A DNA stretch of 64,000 nucleotides, taken from positions 207,700,001 to 207,764,000 of the forward strand of contig OX597815.1 in assembly GCA_951406725.2 (NCBI GenBank), in the 5' to 3' direction. How positions within the stretch are numbered: the stretch's first letter is position 1; every line of letters begins with the position of its first letter. This DNA is from Octopus vulgaris. Its lineage: Eukaryota. Shown piece by piece: positions 52,691-64,000 of the stretch. A model generated the notes under the pieces. It did not search any database. It saw nothing but the letters and a program-made list of their open reading frames with translations, and was not told the origin of the DNA. The position numbers and the translations under genes are program-made.

Positions 52691-53145
52691 AGAGTAAAGT
52701 CTATTTGCCAACATAAAGTGGCAGCCCTGATTCGGATGGTGTTTCTACCTTTTTTTTAGCCCCAGGAAAACATCTTTTCCAGCTGGCTATCAAGGCACAA
52801 CTGCATCCTTATACCTCAAACAAGGGAGCTCATGTCCACACTCAGCTAAAATGGTACCTGTGGAGCAATGGTTTCTGGGTTATTTCTCTTCATCAGCACA
52901 GGATAACTGTTGGCTAGAGATGGCAGCATTAGGCCTTGCTTGAGGTACATACTTTTAAATTGAAACCATTGGTTTGCAGGTACCATTTAAGGCTGAGTTG
53001 GGACATTAGCTTCCTTGTTTGAAATATAAGGGCGCAGTTGTGCATCCATAATCCGCTGGAAAAGATGCTTTCCCGGGGCTAAAAAAGGTAGTAATACCAT
53101 CCTAATCGGGACTGCCACATTACGTTTGTAAATAGACTTTACTCT
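52691..53145. mobile_element. Penelope-like inverted terminal repeat pair
   Basis: Diverged inverted arms of about 185 bp at 52691-52875 and 52962-53145, with a hammerhead motif at the inner end of the left arm. Adjacent to (TA)n. Confidence 0.65.
52857..52902 (-). ncRNA. Minimal type I hammerhead ribozyme, degenerate
   Basis: Minus strand CCTGTG-CTGATGA-AGAGAAATAACCCA-GAAA-CCATTGC-TC-CACAGG: perfect 6-bp stem I and intact CUGAUGA and GAAA cores. Stems II and III carry mismatches, and the sister arm retains CCA-T-TGG for stem III. Confidence 0.6.
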
Positions 53146-53234
53146 GTGGAACTGTCACTACTCATTTCTCACTCAGAGATTTAAAACTAATTGTTTTTCT
53201 CCTTATGCATATATAATTAAATTTTTATTGTATC

Positions 53235-53419
53235 TTTCATCTTCTGCTTGTTTTAGTCATTAGACTGTGGCCATGCTGGGGCACTGTTTTGAAGGGTTTT
53301 AGTTGAACTCATCAACACCAGCACTTTTTTTAAAATCTTGATTCTTTTTCTATCAGTCCCTTTTATCAAACTGCTAAGTTATGGGGATGTAAACACACCA
53401 ATGCTTGTTGGTGATTATG

Positions 53420-53456
<37 letters not shown>

Positions 53457-53620
53457 GATGGGTTTCTTTCAGTTTCTGTCTACCTAATCCCTTCACAAGG
53501 CTTTGATCTACCCAGGTCTTTAGTAGAAGACACTTGCCCAAGGTGCCATAGAGTGGGACTGAACCTGGTACCATGTGGTTGGGAAGCAGAATTCTTACCA
53601 CACAATCACACCTGCACCTA
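53235..53620 (-). mobile_element. SINE family A, old diverged copy
   Basis: Recognisable reverse-complement family A. Confidence 0.72.
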
Positions 53621-53724
53621 CACATATTTCATAATCTATAATATATTAAGTATACATATATATATATATATACACAATATATATGTTTACACACATACAT
53701 ATATGCATACATACAGATATATCA

Positions 53725-54125
53725 TGGTACTCTGTGTACTGGATAACAGAAAGTCATTTGATGCCTTCTCAGAAACAAATGACGTCAATCAAGGCTGTGT
53801 CCTTGCACCCACTCTCTTCAGTGTGATGTTTCTGCCAATACTAACTGATGCTTTCGTCAACATTAACCCATGCATTTGCATTATCTACTATACTTATTCC
53901 ACCAAGGTCGACTTTACCTTTCATCCTTTCGGGGTCGATAAATTAAGTACCAGTTATGTAGTGGGGTTGAGCTAATCGACTGGCCCCCTCCCCAAACATT
54001 TTGGGCCTTGTGCTTAGAGTAGAAAAGATTATGTACTATACTTATGGCAAAGCAAAATGTACAACACCCACCATCTTAAAACCATCACTATAGTAAGGGA
54101 CACTGTTGTGAAGGGCTTGCTTTAT
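53725..54125 (+). mobile_element. RTE-clade LINE reverse-transcriptase fragment interrupted by a SINE B fragment
   Basis: Translates ...ETNDVNQGCVLAPTLFSVMF...LTDAF, the RTE GVKQGCVLAPTLF motif. The insert at about 53898-54033 is flanked by the 12-bp TSD TACTATACTTAT. Confidence 0.75.
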
Positions 54126-54269
54126 AGCAGTGTTTCTCAACTGGGGTTCCGCAAAAGATTCCTAGGGTCTCTGCGAGAAAGAGTGAGATAAGCTAATGTT
54201 AATTTCATGATATATAATTATATATATATATATATATATATATCCAGCTGGATATTCTGTCTCATAACT

Positions 54270-54559
54270 TAGTGGTTCTCAACCTATTTCAGGCTGCCAC
54301 CCGCTTGACACCCTGGCCATATTCCTAGCACCTCCACCCCAACTAACCATCACAAATACAGACCTCTTTCTAAAGCAAATTCAAAGCAACCGTATTTCAC
54401 AAATAAAACTTAACCTAATGAACCCATTATTTTGTTATTTTTACATGAATTTTTACTCCATTACTGCCCCACTTTTTACATGAATCACTACTCCATTATC
54501 GCCCCACTTTTCTTCCACTGCCCCCTGGGAACTTTCCATTCCCACTTTGGGAACTTCTG
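54270..54559. mobile_element. hAT MITE (second family)
   Basis: TAGTGGTTCTCAACC ... TTTGGGAACTTCTG degenerate termini and 8-bp TSD TCATAACT. Confidence 0.7.
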
Positions 54560-55148
54560 TCATAACTAGTTTCAATTCATCCCTACAGAGGAAGTGGTTT
54601 ATAAGTTCCCTTTACCGTTTGTAACCATAGTGGTTTCACTCAGCAGATTCGCTTATGGAATCAGTCAAAGGTAAGTAGAAGAGTGATGAGCCCAAGGTAT
54701 CTCCCTAAAAAATTTCTCTCCTTATGGATACAAGGATGATTTCAAGAATCTTTGTTTTTTCTTTCAAAGGTCTTGGTCATTGCCTCCATGAGGCCCAACA
54801 TTTGAAAGGAACTCAGCCACTTTGCTTCTATGAGACCCAATGCTCAATGGGAACTCAGTCACCTCTTCTAAGTGAGGCCTAAAACTCGATAGGAGCTCAG
54901 CCACTTTGCCACCATGAGGCCCAACGCTTGAAAGGAACTCAGCCACCCTGTCATATATTTTCTAGGCTCAGTAAAGGACATCTCAAAATAATCATATTTC
55001 TATCATATGTAAATGCTAATCATTTGTCTTCTATTTTACCTTAGTACAGTTGATGCATCATGTTAGAATTGGAACCGTTTTATTTATATGGAATGTCTCC
55101 AATATTCCAGAATGTGGGATATGATAAAATGGTATTTGGCATACCCAA

Positions 55149-55380
55149 TTTCTTTTACTACCCACAAGGGGCTAAACGTAGAGGGGACAAACAAAGATAG
55201 ACAAACGGATTAAGTCGATTATATCGACCCCAGTGCGTAACTGGTACTTATTTAATCGACCCCGAAAGGATGAAAGGCAAAGTCAACCTTGGCGGAATTT
55301 GAACTCAGAACATAATGGCAGACGAAATACCACCAGGCATTTCACCCGGCGTCCTAACGTTTCTGCCAGCTCGCTGCCTT
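55149..55380 (-). mobile_element. SINE family B
   Basis: Full length, flanked by tggt.tttgg.atacc (TSD-like). Confidence 0.85.
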
Positions 55381-55885
55381 GGTGTTTGGTATACCATTCT
55401 AAGATTTAATTTACTCTTTTCTTTCAACCCATCTTAAACTGCAAATATGTTGGACTAGATTTTCTTGCAGTCCGGCAAGGGCCTGCTTGGATAGTAGACT
55501 TAATTTATCTCCCGGGTAACACCCCTATTTGGTGCCTTGGGTACCTTCAGCAGAGTTTACTCTGTCGTAAGTATTTGGATTAGGGCTCACGTTAAGAATA
55601 CCTTTCTCCCTCCCTCATTCATACCAGCCTGAGAGGCCCTGTAATGTTTCATGGGTGTTGCTATCCTTCCACAGTAAAAGATTAAAAAAATATGATAAAT
55701 TTCTTGTAATAAAATTTAGATTTTGTTCTCAACTGACAATATCAATTTCCGTGTTTGTATTTGGCTTTCACGATTCTTTACGAGATTTCATGTGACACAA
55801 ACACACAGGCACTTGGATATGCAGAATGCATACATATATACAAACGCCCACACACACATACATACATAAATACATATATATATGC

Positions 55886-55920
<35 letters not shown>

Positions 55921-56934
55921 TGCATACATACAAACATACAGAGTACATACATACAAATGTGCACACATGTATATGTGCATACATATATATATGCATACAC
56001 ACACATACATGCATACACACACATACATGCATACACACATACATACATATGTGTATGCGCTTGCACATTGACGCACATGCATGCGTACAAAAAAAGAAAA
56101 GAATACCATTCCAATAACGGACAGAATCAATGACTACTGAAAAGGTTGCAAGTCGCAACGAAAATTTTAGTAAAAATAAATGAAGAAATGAGTGGAAAAT
56201 GGTGAGTTAAATTAATGAGGCACTAAAAGAGAATGACTCTCCCCAGACACAATAAAACATCACTTTTGATTCCAATTAATTTGACAAAAGAATTGAAGGG
56301 AGGAGAGATTCTATGTGGTCATTTGATCTGCTACAAATAGCAGTCAAATCTCTCTCAAATCTTACAATACTATTTTTTTTATCTTTTACTTGTTCCAGTC
56401 ATTAGACTGTGGCCATGCTGGGGCACTGCCTTGACGAATTTTTGTGAAATGAATGACCCCCCCCCACTACTTATGGTTTTAAGGCCTTGTACTTTATTCT
56501 ATTGATCTCTTTTACCAAACCACTTAGTTTCAGGGATGTAAACAAACCAACACAAGTTGTTTAAGCATTGATCACACACACACACACACACACACACACA
56601 CCACATAGGATGGGCTTCTTTCAAAGGTCTTTCAAAGGTCTTGGTCATTGCCTCCATGAGGCCCAACATTTGAAAGGAACTCAGCCACTTTGCTTCTATG
56701 AGGCCCAATGCTCAAAGGGAACTCAGTCACCTCTTCTAAGTGAGGCCCAAAACTCGATAGGAACCCAGCCACTTTGCCACCAGGAGGCCCAATGCTTGAA
56801 AGGATCTCAGTCACCCTTTCATATATTTTCTAGGCTCAGTAAAGCACATCTCAAAATAATCATATTTGTATCATATGTAAATGCTAATCATTTGTCAGAA
56901 ATTAATTTTTGGTTTAACCTTGTAGTATTTAGAT

Positions 56935-57310
56935 CACTTTTGTAAAATAATAACTCTGAGCACCTTTTCAAACTCCACCCGTCTAACACCTGTGGACATA
57001 TTTACAAAGTCAGAAAACAGCACAGCTCCCATGACTTTAGGAAATATTTTTTCACGCCAAGTGTTGCTGAAGCGTGGAACAAACTGCCGGCATCAGTTGT
57101 TTGTTGTCGGAGCACTGCATCCTTCAAAACTTCCATGCTTTCTGAGATTCGCCAACAGTACACCTGATTTTCTCCCCTCCATACACACGCAAGCATGTAT
57201 CTGACTCATACACTGTTCGCTTCCCAGACATTTGTACATTACTGCATATGCTTTATACACACTTTTGACAAGTTGTGGTGCACCTGAGCACTGTATACAA
57301 TAATTTCATT
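56935..57310 (+). mobile_element. CR1/L2-type LINE 3' end
   Basis: Encodes ...SNT.GHIYKVRKQHSSHDFRKYFF... and WNKLPASVVCCRSTASFKT, followed by the shared 3' UTR. Confidence 0.82.
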
Positions 57311-57871
57311 ATATTATATTATATATTAAATGTAATGCTTATTTATTAACATCATTTTGTATTAATATTGAATCATCTTGTAGCTTTGAAATTTTAGTGA
57401 TGAGATTGTTCATTTTTAGAATGACATTGCTGGATAGGTGTGAGAGTTTGGATCTTGTCAGCTTGAATGTAAAATAGGTATTATATTCTGGGCTGGACTT
57501 GACCAATTTAAATGTTAAAGAGTTAAACTTTCATTTGACATAACTATCAGTGTGTTATATAAGTAACATCATCATCATCATCATCAGCATGTAATAGAGA
57601 CCTGACTTTGCATATAAAACCCAGGGTGATTTTTTGTAATGACTTTTGGGGGCAAAATGTGTTTTATATGCCATCAAATATGGTAATTGTTAGATCAGGC
57701 GATCTAATATATATGTTAATGACCTGTAGGAACATGGTATTTCGTTATGCAACCATAATATGCTACAAAGTATATTGAATGTTTTTATAAGTTACTGCTG
57801 TGTTCTCCTGTGTTAGCAGTGGTATTGCATCACTAGTTAAGGTTATCTCCAAAAATTTTCTATAGTACTGA

Positions 57872-57910
<39 letters not shown>

Positions 57911-58151
57911 TGGGCATGTGTGCATTTGTTCTCTCACCATTACTTGACAACTGGTTTTGGTTTGTTTACATCCCCGTAGCTTAGCATTCGTCAAAGCAGA
58001 CCGACCAAATAAGTACTAAGCTTTAAAAAAATGATTACTGGATTTGATTTGTTCAGCTGAACTCTTCAAGGCAGTGCTCCAGTATGGGTGCAGTCCATGA
58101 TTGAAACAAGTAAAATGGAGACAAAAGATTAAAGCATAAACCTTCACTTAC

Positions 58152-58269
58152 CTTGCCGGATAAATGTTTGATTGACGTCTAACAAAATATCACATCCTTC
58201 AATTATCATCCGTTCGACAGCTAAATTTTTTCGTATGTTTTCAGTTTCACTTACTTCATCATGCATTAT
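58152..58269 (-). CDS. RASGRF: RasGRF-like internal coding exon, end of the DH (RhoGEF) domain and DH-PH linker
   Basis: Minus strand reads tttgtattttcag|ATA ATG CAT GAT GAA...ATC CGG CAA G|gtaagt. The exon is 118 nt, phase 0 to 1. Translation [40 protein letters not shown] is near-identical to the RasGRF motif [39 protein letters not shown]. Its phase fits the 4782-4927 exon. Confidence 0.96.
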
Positions 58270-58640
58270 CTGAAAATACAAAAAAAGTAAGAGATGCAAA
58301 TGAAATGGGAATTTTTTTTAAATATAATAATAATAATAATAATAAGGAAATTATTGTATACAGTACTCAGGTGCACCAAAATTTGTCAAAAAGTGCGTAT
58401 AAAGTATATGCAGTAAGCATAGATTTATCCGTCCTTCATTTCCTAAATACTGCACTCACCAGTTTTAATACACCATTACAATGATTACTGTTGAAAGAAT
58501 TTGTCAAAAAATTTGAAATGTAAGAAACCTCATGTTAGGTTTTCATATCTTCTGCAATGACATGAGTAAAAATTCAGTTAGAATTTATTACATTATTACT
58601 AATTTTATATCCTCTTTAAGTAGCTTTTTAATTATTATTA

Positions 58641-58675
<35 letters not shown>

Positions 58676-60093
58676 ATTATTAATATTATTGAGTGAGAGA
58701 GCAGTGCATGCCATCAAAGTGACACTGGGGTAAAATATACAAAGCCTGGTATACCCATCATGACTACCCGTCTGATAAGGGTACACCAGGCACATGCATC
58801 ACAACCCTCTTCCCCTAAATTTCGGGCCTTGTGCCTAGAGTAGCAAAGAATAGTTAGCATGCCAGGCAAACTGCTTAGAGGAATTTCATCCCTTTTTATA
58901 TTCTGAGTCAAAATTCTGCCGAGTTCAACTTTGCTTTTCATCCTTTTGGGGTCGATAAATTAAGTACCAGTGAAACACAGGGGTTAATGTAATCGACTAG
59001 TCCACTCCCCAAAAATTTCAAGCCTTGTGTAGAAAGGATTATTATTATTTGTCTGGTACTTTATGTTAGAGCAGCGGACTTGTGGTCGAGGGATTGCGGG
59101 TTCGAATATCAGACCGGTCGATATGTGTGTTTATGAGCGAAACATCTAAGCTCCATGCTACTCTGGCAGAAGGTAATGGTGAACTTCTGCTGACCCTTCC
59201 TCTCACTCTTTTCTCTTGCAGCTCACCAGCAACGGACCGGCGTCCCGTTTAGGTGGGGAACCTATATGCCAAGGAAACCGGGGAAACTGGCCCTTATGAG
59301 CCAAGCATGGCTTGAGAAGGAACAAACAACAACAATAGTACTTTATGTTATCAATCCCAAAAAGCTGAATTTATTAGAATTTGAACTTAGAATGTAAAGA
59401 GTTGGAATAATACATTCAGGGTTCAAATCGTACCAAGCTCAACTTTGGCTTTATATTCTTCTGGGGGTATAAAATAAATGCCAATCAAATACTGATGTTG
59501 GTGTAATTGATTTGCCCCCTCCCCTCGAATTGCTGGCCTCGTGCAAAAATTAGAAAAAAGAAATTTTTTTAATTATTATTTCAGGAAACTTGATTGTCCA
59601 TTTTACATATTAAAATGTATAACACTCATTTGATGAAGCATCATTTAACCTGTAGAATTCTTACGTAGATCACCTGTAATCTAATTGAAACTAATGTGCA
59701 CGCGGGTGGGCGGGTGGGTGTGTTCTTGTCTTGACATCATGTGATAGTTGTAAGCTAATGTCACCATGATATAATATAAGCAGAGTAGTATCGTGTCATC
59801 TGTTGCCATTTTGCTATGGAAACAGGTCCAGTTAAGGGGAGGTAATTTGTTAGACGTTAATGGGGGTTGATGATAGGAAAGGCATTAGGGTGGGGGGAAA
59901 AATCTACTTCAACAAGTTCCACCTGACCCATGCCAGCATGGAAAAGTGGACGTTGAAATAATGATGATGATGATGATGCTGACGAAGATGATAATGGTGG
60001 TGGTGTTGGTGGTGGTTGGTGTCTGTTTGCTTAGTGGTGGTATGGGTGGTGGTGATTTTGCTGTAGGTGATGATGATGATGTTAAGGATGGTA

Positions 60094-60515
60094 AAGGCGG
60101 CGAGCTGGCAGAAACGTTAGCACACCGAGCGAAATGCTTAGCGGTATTTCGTCTGTCGTTGTGTTCTGAGTTCAAATTCCGCCGAGGTAGACTTTGCCTT
60201 TCATCCTTTTGGGGTCGATAAATTAAGTACCAGTTACGCACTGGGGGCGATGTAATCGACTTAATACCTATGTCTGTCCTTGTTTGTCCCCTCTGTGTTT
60301 AGCCCCTTGTTGGGCAATAAAGAAATAGGTATTTCGTCTGCCGTTACATTCTGAGTTCAAATTCCACTGAGGTCGACTTTGCCTTTCATCCTTTCGGGGT
60401 CGATAAATTAAGTACCAGTTAACGCACTGGGTCGATGTAATCGACTTAATACCTATGTTTGTCCTTGTTTGTCCCCTCTGTGTTTATCCCCTTGTGGGGT
60501 AATAAAGAAATAGGT
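60094..60515 (+). mobile_element. SINE family B dimer
   Basis: A full unit followed by a headless unit, joined at AAAGAAATAG|GTATTTCG. Confidence 0.87.
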
Positions 60516-61395
60516 AACGGTGGTGACACTGGTAGTTGTAGTTGTAGTGATGATGACGATGATGATGATGATGAATCTGAGACAATTTAACTTTTAATAA
60601 ATGTTCTTATTTTGATGCATAAATTTGCATATCTTGATAGCATTTTACTTTATGTTAAAAATTTTGATTATAATCTTTGAATTTATTCCATGTTAACATG
60701 AAGCATTTGGGGTTGTTTCTTTCAGTTTTGTCTTGATCTTATTTCATAGTTTTAAGATTGTTAGCAGAGTAACACCCGTACACACGTGGTGACAAACAGA
60801 CTAATGCAGGTGCTAGTGAGTGTCCATACTAAAATGGAATATATCTTTATTTTATCTCCAACAATTCTTTCCTTAACTCTGACCAAAAAGCTCCTTGTCC
60901 TTTCTAGATATTTCCTCTCATATTTCATACCTTTCTGTTTCATAGAAAATCCATATAACCATGACAACAGATACACCTCATTTTACATTGTTCCGAGTGA
61001 GGTCTTCTTTGACTTGAGGAAGTTTTTTTTCTTTTTAACCTTTTCATTGTGAAATTAAATTTCAGGTTTTTTTTTTTCCTGAAATGACTTTAAATAAGTA
61101 AAGTGGATTAACATGACTGTCTGTTCGAATGGACTTTACTGTGATTTTTTAACACCAAGAGGACATCTCCTCTTGCTGGTTAATGATGCACATCACCATC
61201 CGAGATATTGCAAGCAGGGGAGCAATGTTAAATATCTATCAGAAAATAGAATTGGTATCTTCTGCAGGTCCTGTTTCCTCTGTCAACTGGACATATTTCA
61301 AAATTATAGCTTTAAAAGTGAAATTCCTCAACAAAAGATAGTTTGGTATATAAAATTGACTTCTGCAGTTACAGGTAATGAAATTTTCAGTATAT

Positions 61396-61845
61396 GCATC
61401 ATCATCATCATTGTTCGACCGTTGTCGAGACAATGGAATTTACCATGCTATGCCAGACTTCACGGTCCGTCATGGCATTACGGAGGTCCTGTTGCTGGAT
61501 GCCTGTATCCCTGGAGATTACATCAGGGTAGGAGAGTGTGCGCCCTCTCGTATCGCGAGCAGATGGCTTCCAGAGGAGAAGAGTAGAAATTACCTCGTTT
61601 TCAGCTCTACAACAATATCCAGCAACCTGGACTTTTCTACCTTTCACAAGAGATAACACAGGTGGTAATTTCCCATATATTTTTACTTTGGTTGGATGGC
61701 GCTTCCACGAGAGATTTTGAGCTCTCATAAGGAGGCGAGTGTAAGTTCCATCCAATTGCCTCTCAAGCTTCTTTGATAACGTCCAGGTTTCTGAGCCATA
61801 TAGTAGAATTGGTTCGACTGTGGCTTTGAAGATTTTAAGATTTTA
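61396..61845 (-). mobile_element. RTE-clade LINE 3' fragment
   Basis: Translates KIFKATVEPILLYGSETWTLSKKLERQLDGTYTRLLMRAQNLSWKRHPT...AMTDREVW..., with the RTE LLYGSETW motif and a (TGA)n tail. Confidence 0.88.
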
Positions 61846-62274
61846 AGATTTTAATCTACTTAGATTTGATGACCAGATCTTATGCATATCATTACAGGCT
61901 GACCAGGCCATACCCTTTCTAGCTAGAAAATCTTTTTCAGATGACGATATGTATAACCCAAGATATTTGTAATCAGAAACCATATTTAAGAGCGTATTGT
62001 TGAGAGTATGGAAAGCATTATATGCATGTTTTCCATATTAAATGGGTTAAGAAATTAGTGGGAAAAAAATAAACCTCAAAATAAGCCTTACGTCAGTTTC
62101 AGCGAACATAAATACATAATGCCTTTTTAGAATTCCTTGTAAAAGCCAGTACTGAAGGGGAAATTCAAATAAAATACAAATAAAGAAAATATGTACAGAT
62201 CATTTAATAAGCGAAGGTGTTGCAAGGGAGGTAACTCATATAAAACTAAGATTTTTTAAACTGATTGAGTAATA

Positions 62275-62615
62275 TAGGTAAGGTAAGGTAAAGACCCCCT
62301 TCGGTCATGAGTGACCATGGGTTTGCACCTAGAGAGTTACCCTCTGAGGCACAAGTCTGGGCAAGGTTGTTTTATGGAAGACCAGCAGTCGCCCATGCAT
62401 ACCAGCCTCCCTTCTCCACGCCACCAGTGTTATCCAAGGGAAAGGCAAAGGGGCCGATACAGCTTGGCACCTGTAACGTCGCAACTCATTTCTACAGCTG
62501 AGTGAACTGGAGCAACGTGAAATAAAGTGCCTTGCTCAAGAACACAACACGCATCCCGGTCCGGGATTCGAGCTCACAACCTCACGATCGTAAGCTCGAC
62601 GCTCTAACCACTGAA
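62275..62615 (-). mobile_element. tRNA-derived SINE (C-related head, distinct tail ending (CTTAC)n)
   Basis: tRNA-like head CAGTGGTTAGAGCGTCGAGC...GAGCTCGAATCCCGGACC and CORE-like TTCTTGAGCAAGGCACTTTATTTCAC. Confidence 0.75.
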
Positions 62616-62842
62616 CCTACACCAATAATAATCCAAGATCCACTGATATTTCTATAGTTTTTATTCTTGAATTGCGCATGTTTAGCAAGTGATTTGCATT
62701 AAGATTGTATTTATTGAGATTAAATCAATGGGGATGTTGAGGAGTTACTGAAGCCATTAAACAAAACATTTTTTTAAAAAACCTGTATAAACTGTGAGAT
62801 TTATTTTCACTTTATTGAAATTTTATAATAATAACATATTCA

Positions 62843-63360
62843 GACGCAGGGGTGGCTGTGTGGTAAGTAGCTTGCTAACCAGCCACATGGTTCCGGGTTC
62901 AGTCCCACTGCGTGGCATCTTGGGCAAGTGTCTTCTACTATAGCCCCGGGCCGACCAATGCCTTGTGAGTGGACTTGGTAGACGGAAACTGAAAGAAGCC
63001 TGTCGTATATATGTATATATATATGTATGTGTGTATGTGTGTCTGTGTTTGTCTCCCTAGCATTGTTTAACAACCGATGCTGGTGTGTTTACGTCCCCGG
63101 CTACTGAAAGAAGCCTGTCGTATATATGTATATATATATTTGTGTGTGTTTGTGTGTCTGTGTTTGTCTCCCTAGCATTGCTTGACAACCGATGCTGGTG
63201 TGTTTACGTCCCCGTCACTTAGCAGTTCGGCAAAAGAGACCGATAGAATAAGTACTGGGCTTACAAAGGATAAGTTCCGGGGTCGATTTGCTCGACTAAA
63301 GGCGGTGCTCCAGCATGGCCGCAGTCAAATGACTGAAACACGTAAAAGAGTAAAAGAGAG
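62843..63360 (+). mobile_element. SINE family A with internal duplication
   Basis: The segment from ACTGAAAGAAGCC to GTTTACGTCCCCG is repeated. Confidence 0.87.
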
Positions 63361-63604
63361 AGACATACAATAACTTGATGACTAGCATTATACTTCATGA
63401 TCTTGTATACTCAATAACATCCGGGCCAAGATCCCAATAGGTTTGATTGGTTTGTTAGGCTGAAGTAACCAAAGTTTCTTTGTAAGATAAACTTCTGTAG
63501 CTTACAAGAATAAATAGTTTAAAAAATATTGTTATTGTTATTATTGTTGTTATTTAACTGCAGGTTATCTCCAAGTGAGCAAACTTATAATAATAATATA
63601 ATAA

Positions 63605-64000
63605 TGAAATTATTGTATACAGTGCTCAGGTGCACCACAACTTGTCAGAAAGTGCGTATAAGGTACATGCAGTAATGTACAAATGTCTGGGAAGTGAACA
63701 GTGTATGAGTCAGATACATGCTTGTGTGTGTATGGAGGGGAGAAATTCAGGTGTAGTGTTGGCGAATCTCAGAAAGCATGGAAGTTTTGAAGGATGCAGT
63801 GCTCCGACAACTAACAACTGATGCTGGCAGTTTGTTCCATGCTTCAGCAACTCTCAGCGTGAAAAAATGTTTCCTAAAGTCATGGGAGCCGTGCTGTTTT
63901 CTGACTTTGTAAATATGTCCATGGGTGTTAGACGGGTGGAGTTTGAAAAGGTACTCAAAGTTATTGTTTGTAAGATGGTTGATAATTTTATGGGTGTCTG
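63605..64000 (-). mobile_element. CR1/L2-type LINE 3' end (runs off the window)
   Basis: Same family as 8645 and 56935. Confidence 0.85.

Noticed and set aside
60761-61052. Overlapping 71-aa and 88-aa ORFs as the upstream RasGRF exon
   Set aside because: No match to the expected IPRY..TLHELLAHTP...LEELSR peptide. The upstream exon was not found in the window.

Overview
AT-rich, repeat-dense animal DNA. It is most likely an octopus (coleoid cephalopod), inferred from the three abundant tRNA-derived SINE families and the microsatellite load. The only host gene I can support is a minus-strand RasGRF (Ras guanine-nucleotide releasing factor) orthologue with two exons in the window. Exon 58152-58269 encodes the end of the DH domain ([40 protein letters not shown]). 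Exon 4782-4927 encodes the start of PH2 (GLLLQLLP...VRQVFLFSNHMLLTSRASNGRLHLAK). They join in phase across a 53.2-kb intron. The intron holds about 25 copies of one SINE family, two further SINE families, CR1- and RTE-type LINE fragments, hAT, piggyBac and pogo-type MITEs, two non-autonomous Helitrons, a foldback element with a telomere-like core, and micro/minisatellites. The most notable signals are: (1) two Penelope-like terminal-repeat structures carrying type I hammerhead-ribozyme-like folds (about 25.98-26.47 kb and 52.69-53.15 kb), each with a copy in the sense of the RasGRF pre-mRNA; (2) a SINE that repeatedly multimerises through one identical tail-to-internal junction; (3) two SINE-poor islands containing candidate alternative RasGRF exons, notably a 97-nt phase 0 to phase 1 exon at 45124-45220. 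Nearly all ORFs in the supplied track are repeat or microsatellite artefacts. Repeat boundaries are read by eye and approximate unless a TSD is given.
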